A DNA stretch of 64,000 nt from Fibrobacteria bacterium. Its GTDB lineage: Bacteria > Fibrobacterota > Fibrobacteria > UBA11236 > JADFYW01. Shown here one piece after another: positions 28,543 to 37,179 of this stretch. The translations under genes were made by a program, and so were the position numbers. Position 1 is the stretch's first letter. Each line of letters starts with the position of its first letter. The DNA is taken from NCBI GenBank assembly GCA_015232855.1, contig JADFYW010000004.1:21488-85487 (forward strand), written 5' to 3'. The notes beneath the pieces are model-generated. The model had not been told where the DNA came from. It worked only from the letters and a program-made list of their open reading frames with translations, and did not search any database.

Positions 28543-30364
28543 ACGGCAAATGGTTAAATCCCTGCTTTGGTTATTAATTGGGTTTGGCGCAACCAGTGGT
28601 TTCTTGCGATTGGTACACGGTCTGGGAGCGACTACAGGTTTGTCAGACGCAACACCCTGGGGATTCTGGATTGGTTTTGATGTAATGGCCGGTGTGGCTC
28701 TGGCCGCAGGCGGTTTTACGATGGCCGCAGTGGTCTATGTATTTGGTCTGGAGCAGTTTCGGCCCATTGTACGGCCTGCAGTACTTACTGCGTTTTTGGG
28801 TTATGTGATAGTAGCTATAGGGCTCATGATGGACCTCGGGTTACCCTGGAATATATGGCATCCTATGGTGTTTTGGCAATACCGTTCCGTATTGTTTGAA
28901 GTGGGAACCTGTGTGACGCTTTATCTAACCGTACTTGCTCTTGAGGTCGCACCAATTGTACTTGAGCACCCGTTATTTTCGCACCCCATCTTTCATAAAG
29001 CATATAAAATATTAAAACATCTTTCGTTGCCATTGGTAATTTTAGGAATAATGCTTTCGACTCTGCATCAATCTTCTTTGGGATCATTGTTTCTTATCAT
29101 GCCTTTTAGAGTGCATGAATTATGGTATACTTCTAATATCTACATCCTCTATTTTATCTCGGCAGCAGGACTTGGGTGTGCAATGGTGATATTTGAATCA
29201 ACATTAACATCCCTTATTTATGATCATAAACCCCGGCAAGAGTTAATGCAGAAGCTGGGAAAAATAGCTTCAGTCATACTCGGTGTATATCTTGTTTTCC
29301 GTATAGGCGACCTTTTAGTAAAAGGGAAATTAGGTGTAGCATTTAATGGTACCGGTACCAGTACGCTCTTTATCGTGGAAATTCTGATTTCAACTATCAT
29401 TCCGAGTATCTTCTTTAATTGGAAAAAAATTAACGGTAATACCAAAGGATTGTTTTGGACGGCTGCTATGGTTGTATTTGGTTTTATTATGAACCGTCAG
29501 AATATTTTCCTGACCATGAGCAAAAAAGGCCCTGCTTATTTCCCCTGGGTCTCAGAATTGATGATAAGCCTTGCTCTGGTTGCCGGTGCTACCATGGTAT
29601 TTATATTCTTTGTGGAGCATTTTGATTTGTTTGGTGATGGCGCTCCGGATAACAAAAAAGAAATTGGTGAAAAATTAATAACAGGTCCTTTTTTTGGTGC
29701 AGATCGTTCTTTTGTTAAGGGTGTCGCAATCTTTACCGCTCCGGTTATTGCAGGGGTTGGTTTAGCTTTAATGTTATTACCCTCTTCAGCTATCAAAGGA
29801 TATCAATATCCCAATACTCCGGTAAAGGATGCAGTGGGATGGGATACCCTGTCCATTGATGGAAACCGTGCGCTGGAAAGTGTACTGTTTCCCCATGCTC
29901 AGCATCAGCAAATGATGGGTGTTTCTCGAGATTCATGCATGACATGTCACCATATGAGTCGACCTAAAGATGGGCCTACCTCCTGTTCAGAATGTCACCA
30001 GGATATGTATCTTGCTACCTCCATTTTTAGTCATGGGTATCACCAGACCTTAATGGGTGGAAACAAATCATGCGATTCCTGCCATGTGAACACGAAGGCA
30101 AAGGCCGAAGTCTTGTCTTGTAACACTGCCGAATGCCATAAGCTACTTCCCTCTGACACCACCTCTTACCTGGCAGATAGTTATGTGGATGCCATGCATA
30201 AAAAATGCAAGGACTGCCATGAGGAACAAGCTAAACAGGCGGACGGATTTATTGCAATGGGGGAACAGGCCAAAGCAGATTCTGTTAAAGCGCTTGGATA
30301 TTGTACTGCATGTCACCCGGGACTGCCGCCTGAGAGTAAGGTTAGGTTATCAGTGACCAGGTAA
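28535..30364 (+). CDS. HybB/HmcC (NrfD-family) membrane subunit fused to a C-terminal multiheme cytochrome c3-like domain
   Basis: PWGFWIGFDVMAGVALAAGGF, LSTLHQSSLG; six heme motifs CMTCH, CSECH, CDSCH, CNTAECH, CKDCH, CTACH; start at ATG 28535. Confidence 0.85.
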   Translation: MNKRQMVKSLLWLLIGFGATSGFLRLVHGLGATTGLSDATPWGFWIGFDVMAGVALAAGGFTMAAVVYVFGLEQFRPIVRPAVLTAFLGYVIVAIGLMMDLGLPWNIWHPMVFWQYRSVLFEVGTCVTLYLTVLALEVAPIVLEHPLFSHPIFHKAYKILKHLSLPLVILGIMLSTLHQSSLGSLFLIMPFRVHELWYTSNIYILYFISAAGLGCAMVIFESTLTSLIYDHKPRQELMQKLGKIASVILGVYLVFRIGDLLVKGKLGVAFNGTGTSTLFIVEILISTIIPSIFFNWKKINGNTKGLFWTAAMVVFGFIMNRQNIFLTMSKKGPAYFPWVSELMISLALVAGATMVFIFFVEHFDLFGDGAPDNKKEIGEKLITGPFFGADRSFVKGVAIFTAPVIAGVGLALMLLPSSAIKGYQYPNTPVKDAVGWDTLSIDGNRALESVLFPHAQHQQMMGVSRDSCMTCHHMSRPKDGPTSCSECHQDMYLATSIFSHGYHQTLMGGNKSCDSCHVNTKAKAEVLSCNTAECHKLLPSDTTSYLADSYVDAMHKKCKDCHEEQAKQADGFIAMGEQAKADSVKALGYCTACHPGLPPESKVRLSVTR

Positions 30365-30494
30365 TCCTCTTTCGTCACTTCGAGTAGTCATCCGAAGCTC
30401 CTGTAAGGAGTGAAGGATGGCATATCGAGAAGTTAATAAGGTAGCAAAGAGTTTTACAAACAGTGTCATAAGAATAAAAAAATGGTTCAACGAT

Positions 30495-30600
30495 GTCATT
30501 CAACGGCTTGACTAGGGAATACACCAAAAGAAATAGCGATTTCCGTCTATTTTACTCACTTTCGTTCGTTGGATTGCCCGGTCAAGCCGGGCAATGACAA
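30495..30600. repeat. Inverted pair of GTCATT-family REP-like palindromes (variant)
   Basis: gtcattcaacggcttgac... and tggattgcccggtcaagccgggcaatgac; the right unit is identical to that ending near 31242. Confidence 0.7.
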
Positions 30601-30613
30601 CATGAGGAACAAA

Positions 30614-31003
30614 TCAGTGACGGCAATTACCCGAGCCCTGGCAAACCTGGTTTTGCTCAATTAATGGTAATTTGCCTTCTATAAAAGCATCAACAACGAT
30701 ACCAATTTCAGCACTGGTATTATTAAAGTAGACACCTATTCCAACCTCATTAAAAGCGGAAAGCGGGCGTAATCCTATTCCTCCTACAATAATGGCTGTA
30801 ACGTTTTCCTGTGCAAGTAAATTCACAGGAACAAGACATCCACCTTGTGCATGTTCTTTGTTTCCCAATATAGAGACATTCTTAATTTCTCCATCTGCAA
30901 CGTCAACCAGAGTAAATGAATCACAATGGCCAAAATGATTTGAACGTATTCCCTCAAGACCTCCGATTCCTTTAGACGGAACAGCTATTTTTGCTTTTTG
31001 CAT
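30614..31003 (-). CDS. NifB/NifX-family Fe-Mo cluster-binding protein (Orange-protein-like)
   Basis: KIAVPS, HFGHCDSF, H..GGC, IVGGIG.R, C-terminal CQGSGNC. Confidence 0.9.
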   Translation of the reverse strand: MQKAKIAVPSKGIGGLEGIRSNHFGHCDSFTLVDVADGEIKNVSILGNKEHAQGGCLVPVNLLAQENVTAIIVGGIGLRPLSAFNEVGIGVYFNNTSAEIGIVVDAFIEGKLPLIEQNQVCQGSGNCRH

Positions 31004-31074
31004 TTGAGTGTAACTCCTCTTTGACTAATTAAAATTTATTGTATGTATATTAGTTGTAATATGTTTAAAAGATA

Positions 31075-31090
31075 AGCGAAATTTGTGCCA
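31075..31090 (-). promoter_or_regulatory. Sigma54 -24/-12 promoter
   Basis: Minus strand TGGCACAAATTTCGCT (GG-N10-GC) upstream of the NifB/NifX gene. Confidence 0.7.
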
Positions 31091-31164
31091 ATAAAAAGTT
31101 CTATTGATAAACAGTAATTGGATTCTTTTCAATATTGGCTGTTATTTGTAAATGTTAAGAACAA

Positions 31165-31242
31165 GTCATTACCCGGCTTGACCGGGTAATCCATCTAAAA
31201 TTCGACGATTTGCTGGATTGCCCGGTCAAGCCGGGCAATGAC
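31165..31242. repeat. Inverted pair of GTCATT-family REP-like palindromes
   Basis: gtcattacccggcttgaccgggtaatcca ... tggattgcccggtcaagccgggcaatgac. Confidence 0.8.
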
Positions 31243-31361
31243 ATATTGAGTGTATTTACCAATATATGCCAATACTGAACAGATACAAATTTAGTACATC
31301 TTATATTGATGTAAATGGTGCGTAATGAATCATGTTGCACCAATGTATTGCAATTCCGCAA

Positions 31362-32705
31362 TTATTGTAGCATTCCAAATTTTTTCATTTTACGCCAGAG
31401 CGTACTTTTATTTATCCCCAGGTATTCCGCAGTAAGTTTTTTACTGTTATTAAACTTCCTCAATGCTTTCCGGAGTGCCATTTCTTCTGCCTGGTGCAGG
31501 GGATGTTGAGGCTCTTGTGTGGCAAGGGGCTGGTCCGGTAAATTTTTAGTGAGTTCAGAAGGGAGATGACGGGGCTGAATTACAGAATTCCGGCACAGAA
31601 CGAACGCGTACTCAATGAAATTTTCAAGTTCACGCACGTTTCCGGGATAGTTATATCGCATAAGAAGATCCAGAGCGTCTTCAGAAACGTCCTCGATATC
31701 TTTACCTTTCTGAACATTAAACATTTGAATAAAATGGTCAATAAGGAGCGGAATGTCTTCGCGTCTTTTTGAAAGAGGGGGAAGGTAGAGGCGGATTACA
31801 TTGAGCCGGTAATAGAGGTCGTCTCTAAAGTCACCATTAGCGACCAGTTCTGAAAGCGGTCGGTTGGTTGCTGCAATAATCCGAACATTGGCTTTTACCG
31901 AACATTCTGAACCAAGGGGATCGTATTCTTTTTCTTGTAATACCCGAAGCAGTTTGGTTTGGAGAACCGTGGAAATATCTCCTATTTCATCCAGGAATAA
32001 TGTGCCTCCTTCAGCCAAAGCAAAGCGTCCGGGTTTATTTTTCTTAGCATCAGTAAAAGCGCCCTGTACATAGCCAAAAAGTTCAGACTCCAAAAGTGTA
32101 TCTGGTAAGGCCGTACAATTAAGGGCAATGTATTTACCTTTACGACCACTCAGGTTGTGGATTGCTTTCGCAAAGAGCTCTTTACCAGAGCCACTGGGAC
32201 CTTCAATGAGAACTGTACTGTTACTTTTTGCAAGATCGGGTAATATATCGATAATCTTATGGATCTCATGATTTTTGGAAATGATGTCTTCAAAAGAGTA
32301 TTTGTTTTTAATCTTTTTTCGTAGCAATTCAAGTTCGGAGAGATTACGGAAGGTTTCCACTCCACCTATTATTTTATTGGTTTGATTTCGAAGGGTAGAT
32401 GTGGAAATACTGATAGGGATTTTCTGACCGCTATTGTCCAGAATAGTTACTCTTCGATTAACTATGGACTCACCACTTTGCAGGGTTTGTTGAAGGGAAC
32501 ACCCCTTTTTACAAATATTAGCTCTGAAAACATCAGAACATTTTTTGGTTAACGCTTCTGTTTTAGACACCCCGGTGATTTGCTCCGCAGCTCGGTTAAA
32601 GAAGGTGATGTTGTAGTTGAGATCTATGGTAAAAACACCATCAGCAATAGAATCAAGAATGGTGTCTCTGGCTTCTTCGGGTGTGGGATTCTGAGTATCT
32701 TTCAT
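31362..32705 (-). CDS. PAS-AAA+-HTH sigma54-dependent activator (OrpR-like)
   Basis: C-X8-C-X3-C (CSDVFRANICKKGC), GPSGSGKE, GAFTDA, FLDEIG, HTH. Confidence 0.9.
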   Translation of the reverse strand: MKDTQNPTPEEARDTILDSIADGVFTIDLNYNITFFNRAAEQITGVSKTEALTKKCSDVFRANICKKGCSLQQTLQSGESIVNRRVTILDNSGQKIPISISTSTLRNQTNKIIGGVETFRNLSELELLRKKIKNKYSFEDIISKNHEIHKIIDILPDLAKSNSTVLIEGPSGSGKELFAKAIHNLSGRKGKYIALNCTALPDTLLESELFGYVQGAFTDAKKNKPGRFALAEGGTLFLDEIGDISTVLQTKLLRVLQEKEYDPLGSECSVKANVRIIAATNRPLSELVANGDFRDDLYYRLNVIRLYLPPLSKRREDIPLLIDHFIQMFNVQKGKDIEDVSEDALDLLMRYNYPGNVRELENFIEYAFVLCRNSVIQPRHLPSELTKNLPDQPLATQEPQHPLHQAEEMALRKALRKFNNSKKLTAEYLGINKSTLWRKMKKFGMLQ

Positions 32706-32826
32706 GTAAGAAATGTCTCAATTCGTATGGTCTATTCTATGAGTAAATTTAACAAAAAATAAAGGTTTTTGGGCTTATTTCGCGATTTATAAAGCCCTGA
32801 GTATACAAATCACAGGTGTAATAATC

Positions 32827-33330
32827 TTAATACATACAGATAGCCAAATACCCGACTATTGTCCCAAAAATTATGCCTGCTAGAATATCAGTAAGAAAAT
32901 GCATGGTTAGATAGATCCGGGAAAAACAAACCATCCCTGCAATAACCAATAAAAAAATAAAGATGTTGGGGAAGGACTGGGAAACAACCACCAAAAGCAT
33001 GGCTGATCGTAAGGCATGATGGGAGGGAAATGAATTTTTGTGCCAGGGAAAGGGTATCAAAAATTGAGGGTTTGTGCACGGTCGTTTTCTTTTTACTAAA
33101 CGTCGGAAAACCAGTATCACACAAAGACCAATAATTTCGCCTAACACAATTGTATAAACCACCCTTCGAAAGTTGGGAACAAATATCCAGGTACTCACAT
33201 AAATTATGACCATGCTGTGGCCAGCGCCCAGAGTGGAAATCATTCTAAAAAGAATACTGAGGTAGCGGCTTTGGTGGTTAATAAACCAATTGGATATGAC
33301 GGTATCTAAGTATTGCATCTTTGATATCAT
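32827..33330 (-). CDS. PAP2-family membrane phosphatase
   Basis: KRKRP, SFPSHH, SRIYLTMHFLTDILAG. Confidence 0.85.
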   Translation of the reverse strand: MISKMQYLDTVISNWFINHQSRYLSILFRMISTLGAGHSMVIIYVSTWIFVPNFRRVVYTIVLGEIIGLCVILVFRRLVKRKRPCTNPQFLIPFPWHKNSFPSHHALRSAMLLVVVSQSFPNIFIFLLVIAGMVCFSRIYLTMHFLTDILAGIIFGTIVGYLAICMY

Positions 33331-33338
33331 AGATAATG

Positions 33339-34160
33339 TTATAACAACTTTTCGATTGCTATTCCTCTTTTTATAGCTGCCTTCATGCCTTTAATTATTT
33401 CATCCTGATATGCCGTTTTGTTGAAATAACTAAGTATACCGTCCTCTGATTTACCAAAACATATAGCCTGAAGCTTGGCTTCTTTGGATAGCGGGTTAGT
33501 ATTAATATTGTGTGATTTTAATGCATGGAGAATGTTTTTGTGGTCGTGAAAGCCGCTCTGGGGTTTAAGTTTAATACTAATAGGGGAATGGGGAATGGTT
33601 ATTACTTCACCATTAAGCATGTTGAAAGCAAGGTCACCCACTTTTTTCATTCTTTTAAAATCAACGGTATCTGCAAGTGTTCCGTTCCTATCACGGTCTA
33701 TGATACGTTGCCTGGTAAGTAACGGATCGATACTTAAATAAATAATAGCATCAAAAAATCGCAGATTTTGTGTTCTTATAAGCCGGATATTCTCGTATAC
33801 ATATCCCGGCCTGAAAATAAAACGTTCTCTCAGTTCTTTCCAGTAAAGAGTTCTCCATTTGAGACCTGTATTTTTTGCTAGACTTCGTCCCAGAGTACTT
33901 TTACCACTTCCGGGTAAACCGTCAATGGCGATAAGTTTTGGGGTGATATTATGGCTTTTCAGAATGTTTATAATTTGCCGGGCATGTTCCTCAGTTTCTG
34001 GTACTGTTCGATATTGTTTTTCTGTACTGCCTGTAGTCAACTTCCGAAATTGACTCCGTATAAGTGATTGAACAGTACGCTTTTTAAGCAAAGCTGCAGC
34101 AGTAACCCCTGCAAAAGTGAGGGTAGCTTCCGGCATAAAATTTTTGACTTTATATCCCAT
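33339..34160 (-). CDS. P-loop nucleoside/nucleotide-kinase-like protein of unknown function
   Basis: IAIDGLPGSGKST Walker A; IIYL...R.RIIDRDR lid-like segment. Confidence 0.65.
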   Translation of the reverse strand: MGYKVKNFMPEATLTFAGVTAAALLKKRTVQSLIRSQFRKLTTGSTEKQYRTVPETEEHARQIINILKSHNITPKLIAIDGLPGSGKSTLGRSLAKNTGLKWRTLYWKELRERFIFRPGYVYENIRLIRTQNLRFFDAIIYLSIDPLLTRQRIIDRDRNGTLADTVDFKRMKKVGDLAFNMLNGEVITIPHSPISIKLKPQSGFHDHKNILHALKSHNINTNPLSKEAKLQAICFGKSEDGILSYFNKTAYQDEIIKGMKAAIKRGIAIEKLL

Positions 34161-34347
34161 TGAGTACCTTCTAAGCGAAAAAAACGAGTAATCAGTAATC
34201 AGTTGTCAGTCGTCAGTTTTTAATGAGAACTCCGCATTAATTATGATTTTCGAAGAACTTAATAATTCTGCTGAGGAACCTAATTCTGGTAACTGGGAAC
34301 TGATAACTATTCTCTTCTATTAATAAAATACGTAACCATATTTAAAA

Positions 34348-34363
34348 CGCAAAATCTATGCCA
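34348..34363 (-). promoter_or_regulatory. Sigma54 -24/-12 promoter
   Basis: Minus strand TGGCATAGATTTTGCG; palindrome GTTGCA-AATA-TGCAAT at 34451-34466 upstream. Confidence 0.7.
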
Positions 34364-34498
34364 ATTAGGGTGATGGCCGAAAAGTTGGAACGGTAAAAGT
34401 TGGAACGCTTTTTGCAACATATATAGTAGAGCCTGAAACAGATTAAAAATGTTGCAAATATGCAATTGTATGTTGCAAAAGAGAGGTGGAAATAGGAT

Positions 34499-34690
34499 AT
34501 GATGCACGTTAAGAAATTTTTTTATTTATCTGCAATTTTTGTTATAGTGGGCGTAGTCTTTCTTCAAGTCTTCTTTATTTTGCCTGGGGTTAGTTGGAAC
34601 GTCCGCACCACAGGTGTAGTGGCAATTTCAATTTTAATGTATTTGTCCTGCGCTCTGTTTGTCACATTATGGTATAAATACGTGGAATAA
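34499..34690 (+). CDS. Small 2-TM membrane protein
   Basis: Two hydrophobic helices, AGGA RBS, stop codon adjacent to the next gene's probable TTG start. Confidence 0.5.
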   Translation: MMHVKKFFYLSAIFVIVGVVFLQVFFILPGVSWNVRTTGVVAISILMYLSCALFVTLWYKYVE

Positions 34691-34691
34691 A

Positions 34692-36008
34692 TTGTCTATT
34701 AAAGACATTATCCTCGATTCCATTGCTGAGGGGGTATTTACCGTTGATCGTGATTTTACCATTAATTATTTCAATCGACGGGCCGAGTTTATTACCGGCA
34801 TATCCAGAGAAAAGGCCATTGGTTGTAAATGTTATGATGTATTCCGTGTAAATATTTGTAATACTAATTGTGCCCTAAAAAATGCTATTAAAGATGATGC
34901 AAAATATGCTGTTAACAATGTGGATATCATAAACAGCAAGGGCAAGAAAGTACCTATCAGCATAAATGCTTCTGTACTTAAAGATGATAATGGAAACATT
35001 TTAGGTGGTGTAGAGACTTTTCTTGACCAAAGTGAAGTGAGTACCCTGAGAAAAACAATTAAGGCTGGATATAGTAGCGAAGATATCATTTCACAGAACA
35101 AGCAAATCCATGATATGCTTGATATTCTTCCTGATATCGCTGAAAGCACGAGCACTGTTTTAATAGAAGGTGATAGTGGAACGGGTAAAGAGCTGATAGC
35201 CAGAGCTATACATAATTTAAGTGGGAGAAAAGGTCGCTTTGTAGCTGTTAATTGTGCTTCCCTCCCTGAGTCACTTATAGAATCAGAACTTTTTGGGTAT
35301 GAAAAAGGTGCTTTTACTGATGCCAAGAAAAATAAACCTGGCAGGTTTGCATTGGCAAAAGGAGGAACACTTTTTCTTGATGAAATAGGAGAACTGCCTG
35401 GTACCGTTCAATCGAAATTATTGCGGGTGTTACAAGAAAAAGTATATGAACCGTTGGGAGGTGAAATACCAATACCAACTGATGCCCGCATCGTGTCTGC
35501 TACCAATAGAAATTTAAAACAGCGGGTAGAAGAAAAGGCTTTTAGACAGGACTTGTTTTATCGGCTTAATGTCATAAAGCTGTTATTACCGCCATTAAAT
35601 CAGAGAAAAGAAGATATACCTCTGTTAATAGAACATTTCATTAACAAAATGAATGCGATTACTGGCAAAAATATACAAAGTGTCTCAGAAGATGCTCTTG
35701 AACTATTGACTAACTATGATTACCCGGGTAATATTAGAGAATTGGAAAATGTGATTGAATATGCTTTTGTAATGTGTAAAGAGCGGGTCATAGAACCAAA
35801 ATACCTTTCAAAAGACATCATCACAAACCAAAAGACAGTAAACCACAATACTTTCTCAGAACAATACCCACGTTTTGGATTAATTGAAAAAGACCAGATT
35901 GTTGATGCACTCCACAGGTCATACGGAAAAAAATCAAAAGCCGCAGAACTGCTGGGCGTTAATCGGAGTACCTTGTGGAGACAGATGAAAAAACATCATA
36001 TGGTGTGA
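34692..36008 (+). CDS. PAS-AAA+-HTH sigma54-dependent activator (OrpR-like)
   Basis: C-X8-C-X3-C (CYDVFRVNICNTNC), GDSGTGKE, GAFTDA, FLDEIG; start uncertain (TTG 34692 or 34659). Confidence 0.88.
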   Translation: MSIKDIILDSIAEGVFTVDRDFTINYFNRRAEFITGISREKAIGCKCYDVFRVNICNTNCALKNAIKDDAKYAVNNVDIINSKGKKVPISINASVLKDDNGNILGGVETFLDQSEVSTLRKTIKAGYSSEDIISQNKQIHDMLDILPDIAESTSTVLIEGDSGTGKELIARAIHNLSGRKGRFVAVNCASLPESLIESELFGYEKGAFTDAKKNKPGRFALAKGGTLFLDEIGELPGTVQSKLLRVLQEKVYEPLGGEIPIPTDARIVSATNRNLKQRVEEKAFRQDLFYRLNVIKLLLPPLNQRKEDIPLLIEHFINKMNAITGKNIQSVSEDALELLTNYDYPGNIRELENVIEYAFVMCKERVIEPKYLSKDIITNQKTVNHNTFSEQYPRFGLIEKDQIVDALHRSYGKKSKAAELLGVNRSTLWRQMKKHHMV

Positions 36009-36094
36009 AACGGTTGCGCATCATTTGCATCACTTGCAACAAGCAGGGCAGGGGGATGTAAACCCAATTGCATTAATTTTCAACATTTCATACC

Positions 36095-36110
36095 TGGCAC
36101 ATAATTTGCA
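36095..36110 (+). promoter_or_regulatory. Sigma54 -24/-12 promoter
   Basis: TGGCACATAATTTGCA, consensus match. Confidence 0.8.
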
Positions 36111-36123
36111 ATAACTATGAGGT

Positions 36124-36582
36124 ATGGAGCACGATATAAAAATAGCAATTCCATTAACAGGTGAGCGTGTTGCTCATCGACTTGATTGCGCAGAGTCCAT
36201 TTTATGGATTACTTTTCGGGATGGACTTATTGTATATAAGAAAAAAAGCAAATATCCTTTTGAACAATGCAGGTTTTCTATCCAGCATTTTCTTGATTAT
36301 GGTGTGAGGGCACTCATTTGTGGAGCGTTAGAAAAACATATGGTCTATAAACTATCTGTCCATGGGATTACTGTATTCCAGTGGGTTACTGCAGATGCTG
36401 ATGATGCTGTTGTGGCTTTCCAGAAAGGGGAACTCTCACCATTTATGATAATTGAACCTGGAGGTCGAAAACGGGGAAGCTGGAGCGGAAAGAATAATCG
36501 GGACTATGATGTTCAAGATACAACAGCAATATACCGCAGTCAAGGTAGGGGACGAAGAAAAGGACGGCGAGGTAATGAGTAA
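36124..36582 (+). CDS. NifB/NifX-family protein with basic Gly/Arg tail
   Basis: KIAIP...RVAHRLDCAE, GVRALICGA, C-terminal GRGRRKGRRG. Confidence 0.8.
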   Translation: MEHDIKIAIPLTGERVAHRLDCAESILWITFRDGLIVYKKKSKYPFEQCRFSIQHFLDYGVRALICGALEKHMVYKLSVHGITVFQWVTADADDAVVAFQKGELSPFMIIEPGGRKRGSWSGKNNRDYDVQDTTAIYRSQGRGRRKGRRGNE

Positions 36583-36727
36583 AGTTTTCTAAAATATTTC
36601 TTTGGAGTACTGGTTGAAAAAATTAAATCATTCACTCCTTCATACCAGTATTCCAAAGATTTCAAAACAGATTTTCTCAGGTACAAGGAAAAAACACCAA
36701 GTTAACAATAACATCAGGAGGTAAATT

Positions 36728-37063
36728 ATGCCGAGAAATAATAAAACAGGCCCCCGGGGCCAGGGACCCGGTACGGGCAGGGGAATGGGAGCCTGCGAGG
36801 AAGGCGTTGGTTCAACTGCTACTATGACCGGAATACCAGGACATAACGCTGGATATGGTCGTGATGGTGGAAGACGCCGTGGCCGATGTGCGGGAAATGG
36901 ATACACTGGGAACGGTTATTCCTTCGATACCCCAAAAATGGAAAATAATCTGGAACAGTTAGAGTCAGAAATGAAGAGTCTTGAAGAAAGAATAAAGGAT
37001 ATACATAGTCACATAAATAAGCTGAAAGAAGACTCGTCAGAAGCAGATAACAATACTGACTGA
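36728..37063 (+). CDS. DUF5320-family protein
   Basis: MPR..KTGPRGQGPGTGRGMGAC, Gly/Arg-rich middle, C-terminal coiled coil; RBS CAGGAGG. Confidence 0.85.
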   Translation: MPRNNKTGPRGQGPGTGRGMGACEEGVGSTATMTGIPGHNAGYGRDGGRRRGRCAGNGYTGNGYSFDTPKMENNLEQLESEMKSLEERIKDIHSHINKLKEDSSEADNNTD

Positions 37064-37179
37064 CCTGACAAGCCGGTAATTTGAGAATGCATCGTCCGAT
37101 TGTATTGGGCGATGCTATTGAGAAAAAAATACTCATTCACACATTGAGTACACTGCGGCCACTAGAATTTAATTGTTGA

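Noticed and set aside
34499..34720. Frameshifted fusion of the small TM ORF with the downstream activator
   Set aside because: The activator aligns with its two paralogues from the TTG at 34692, just after the TM ORF stop; two coupled genes is the simpler reading
30614..36582. Nitrogen fixation (nif) cluster
   Set aside because: Only small NifB/NifX-domain proteins and no nifHDK/EN; the context matches Orange-Protein-type loci
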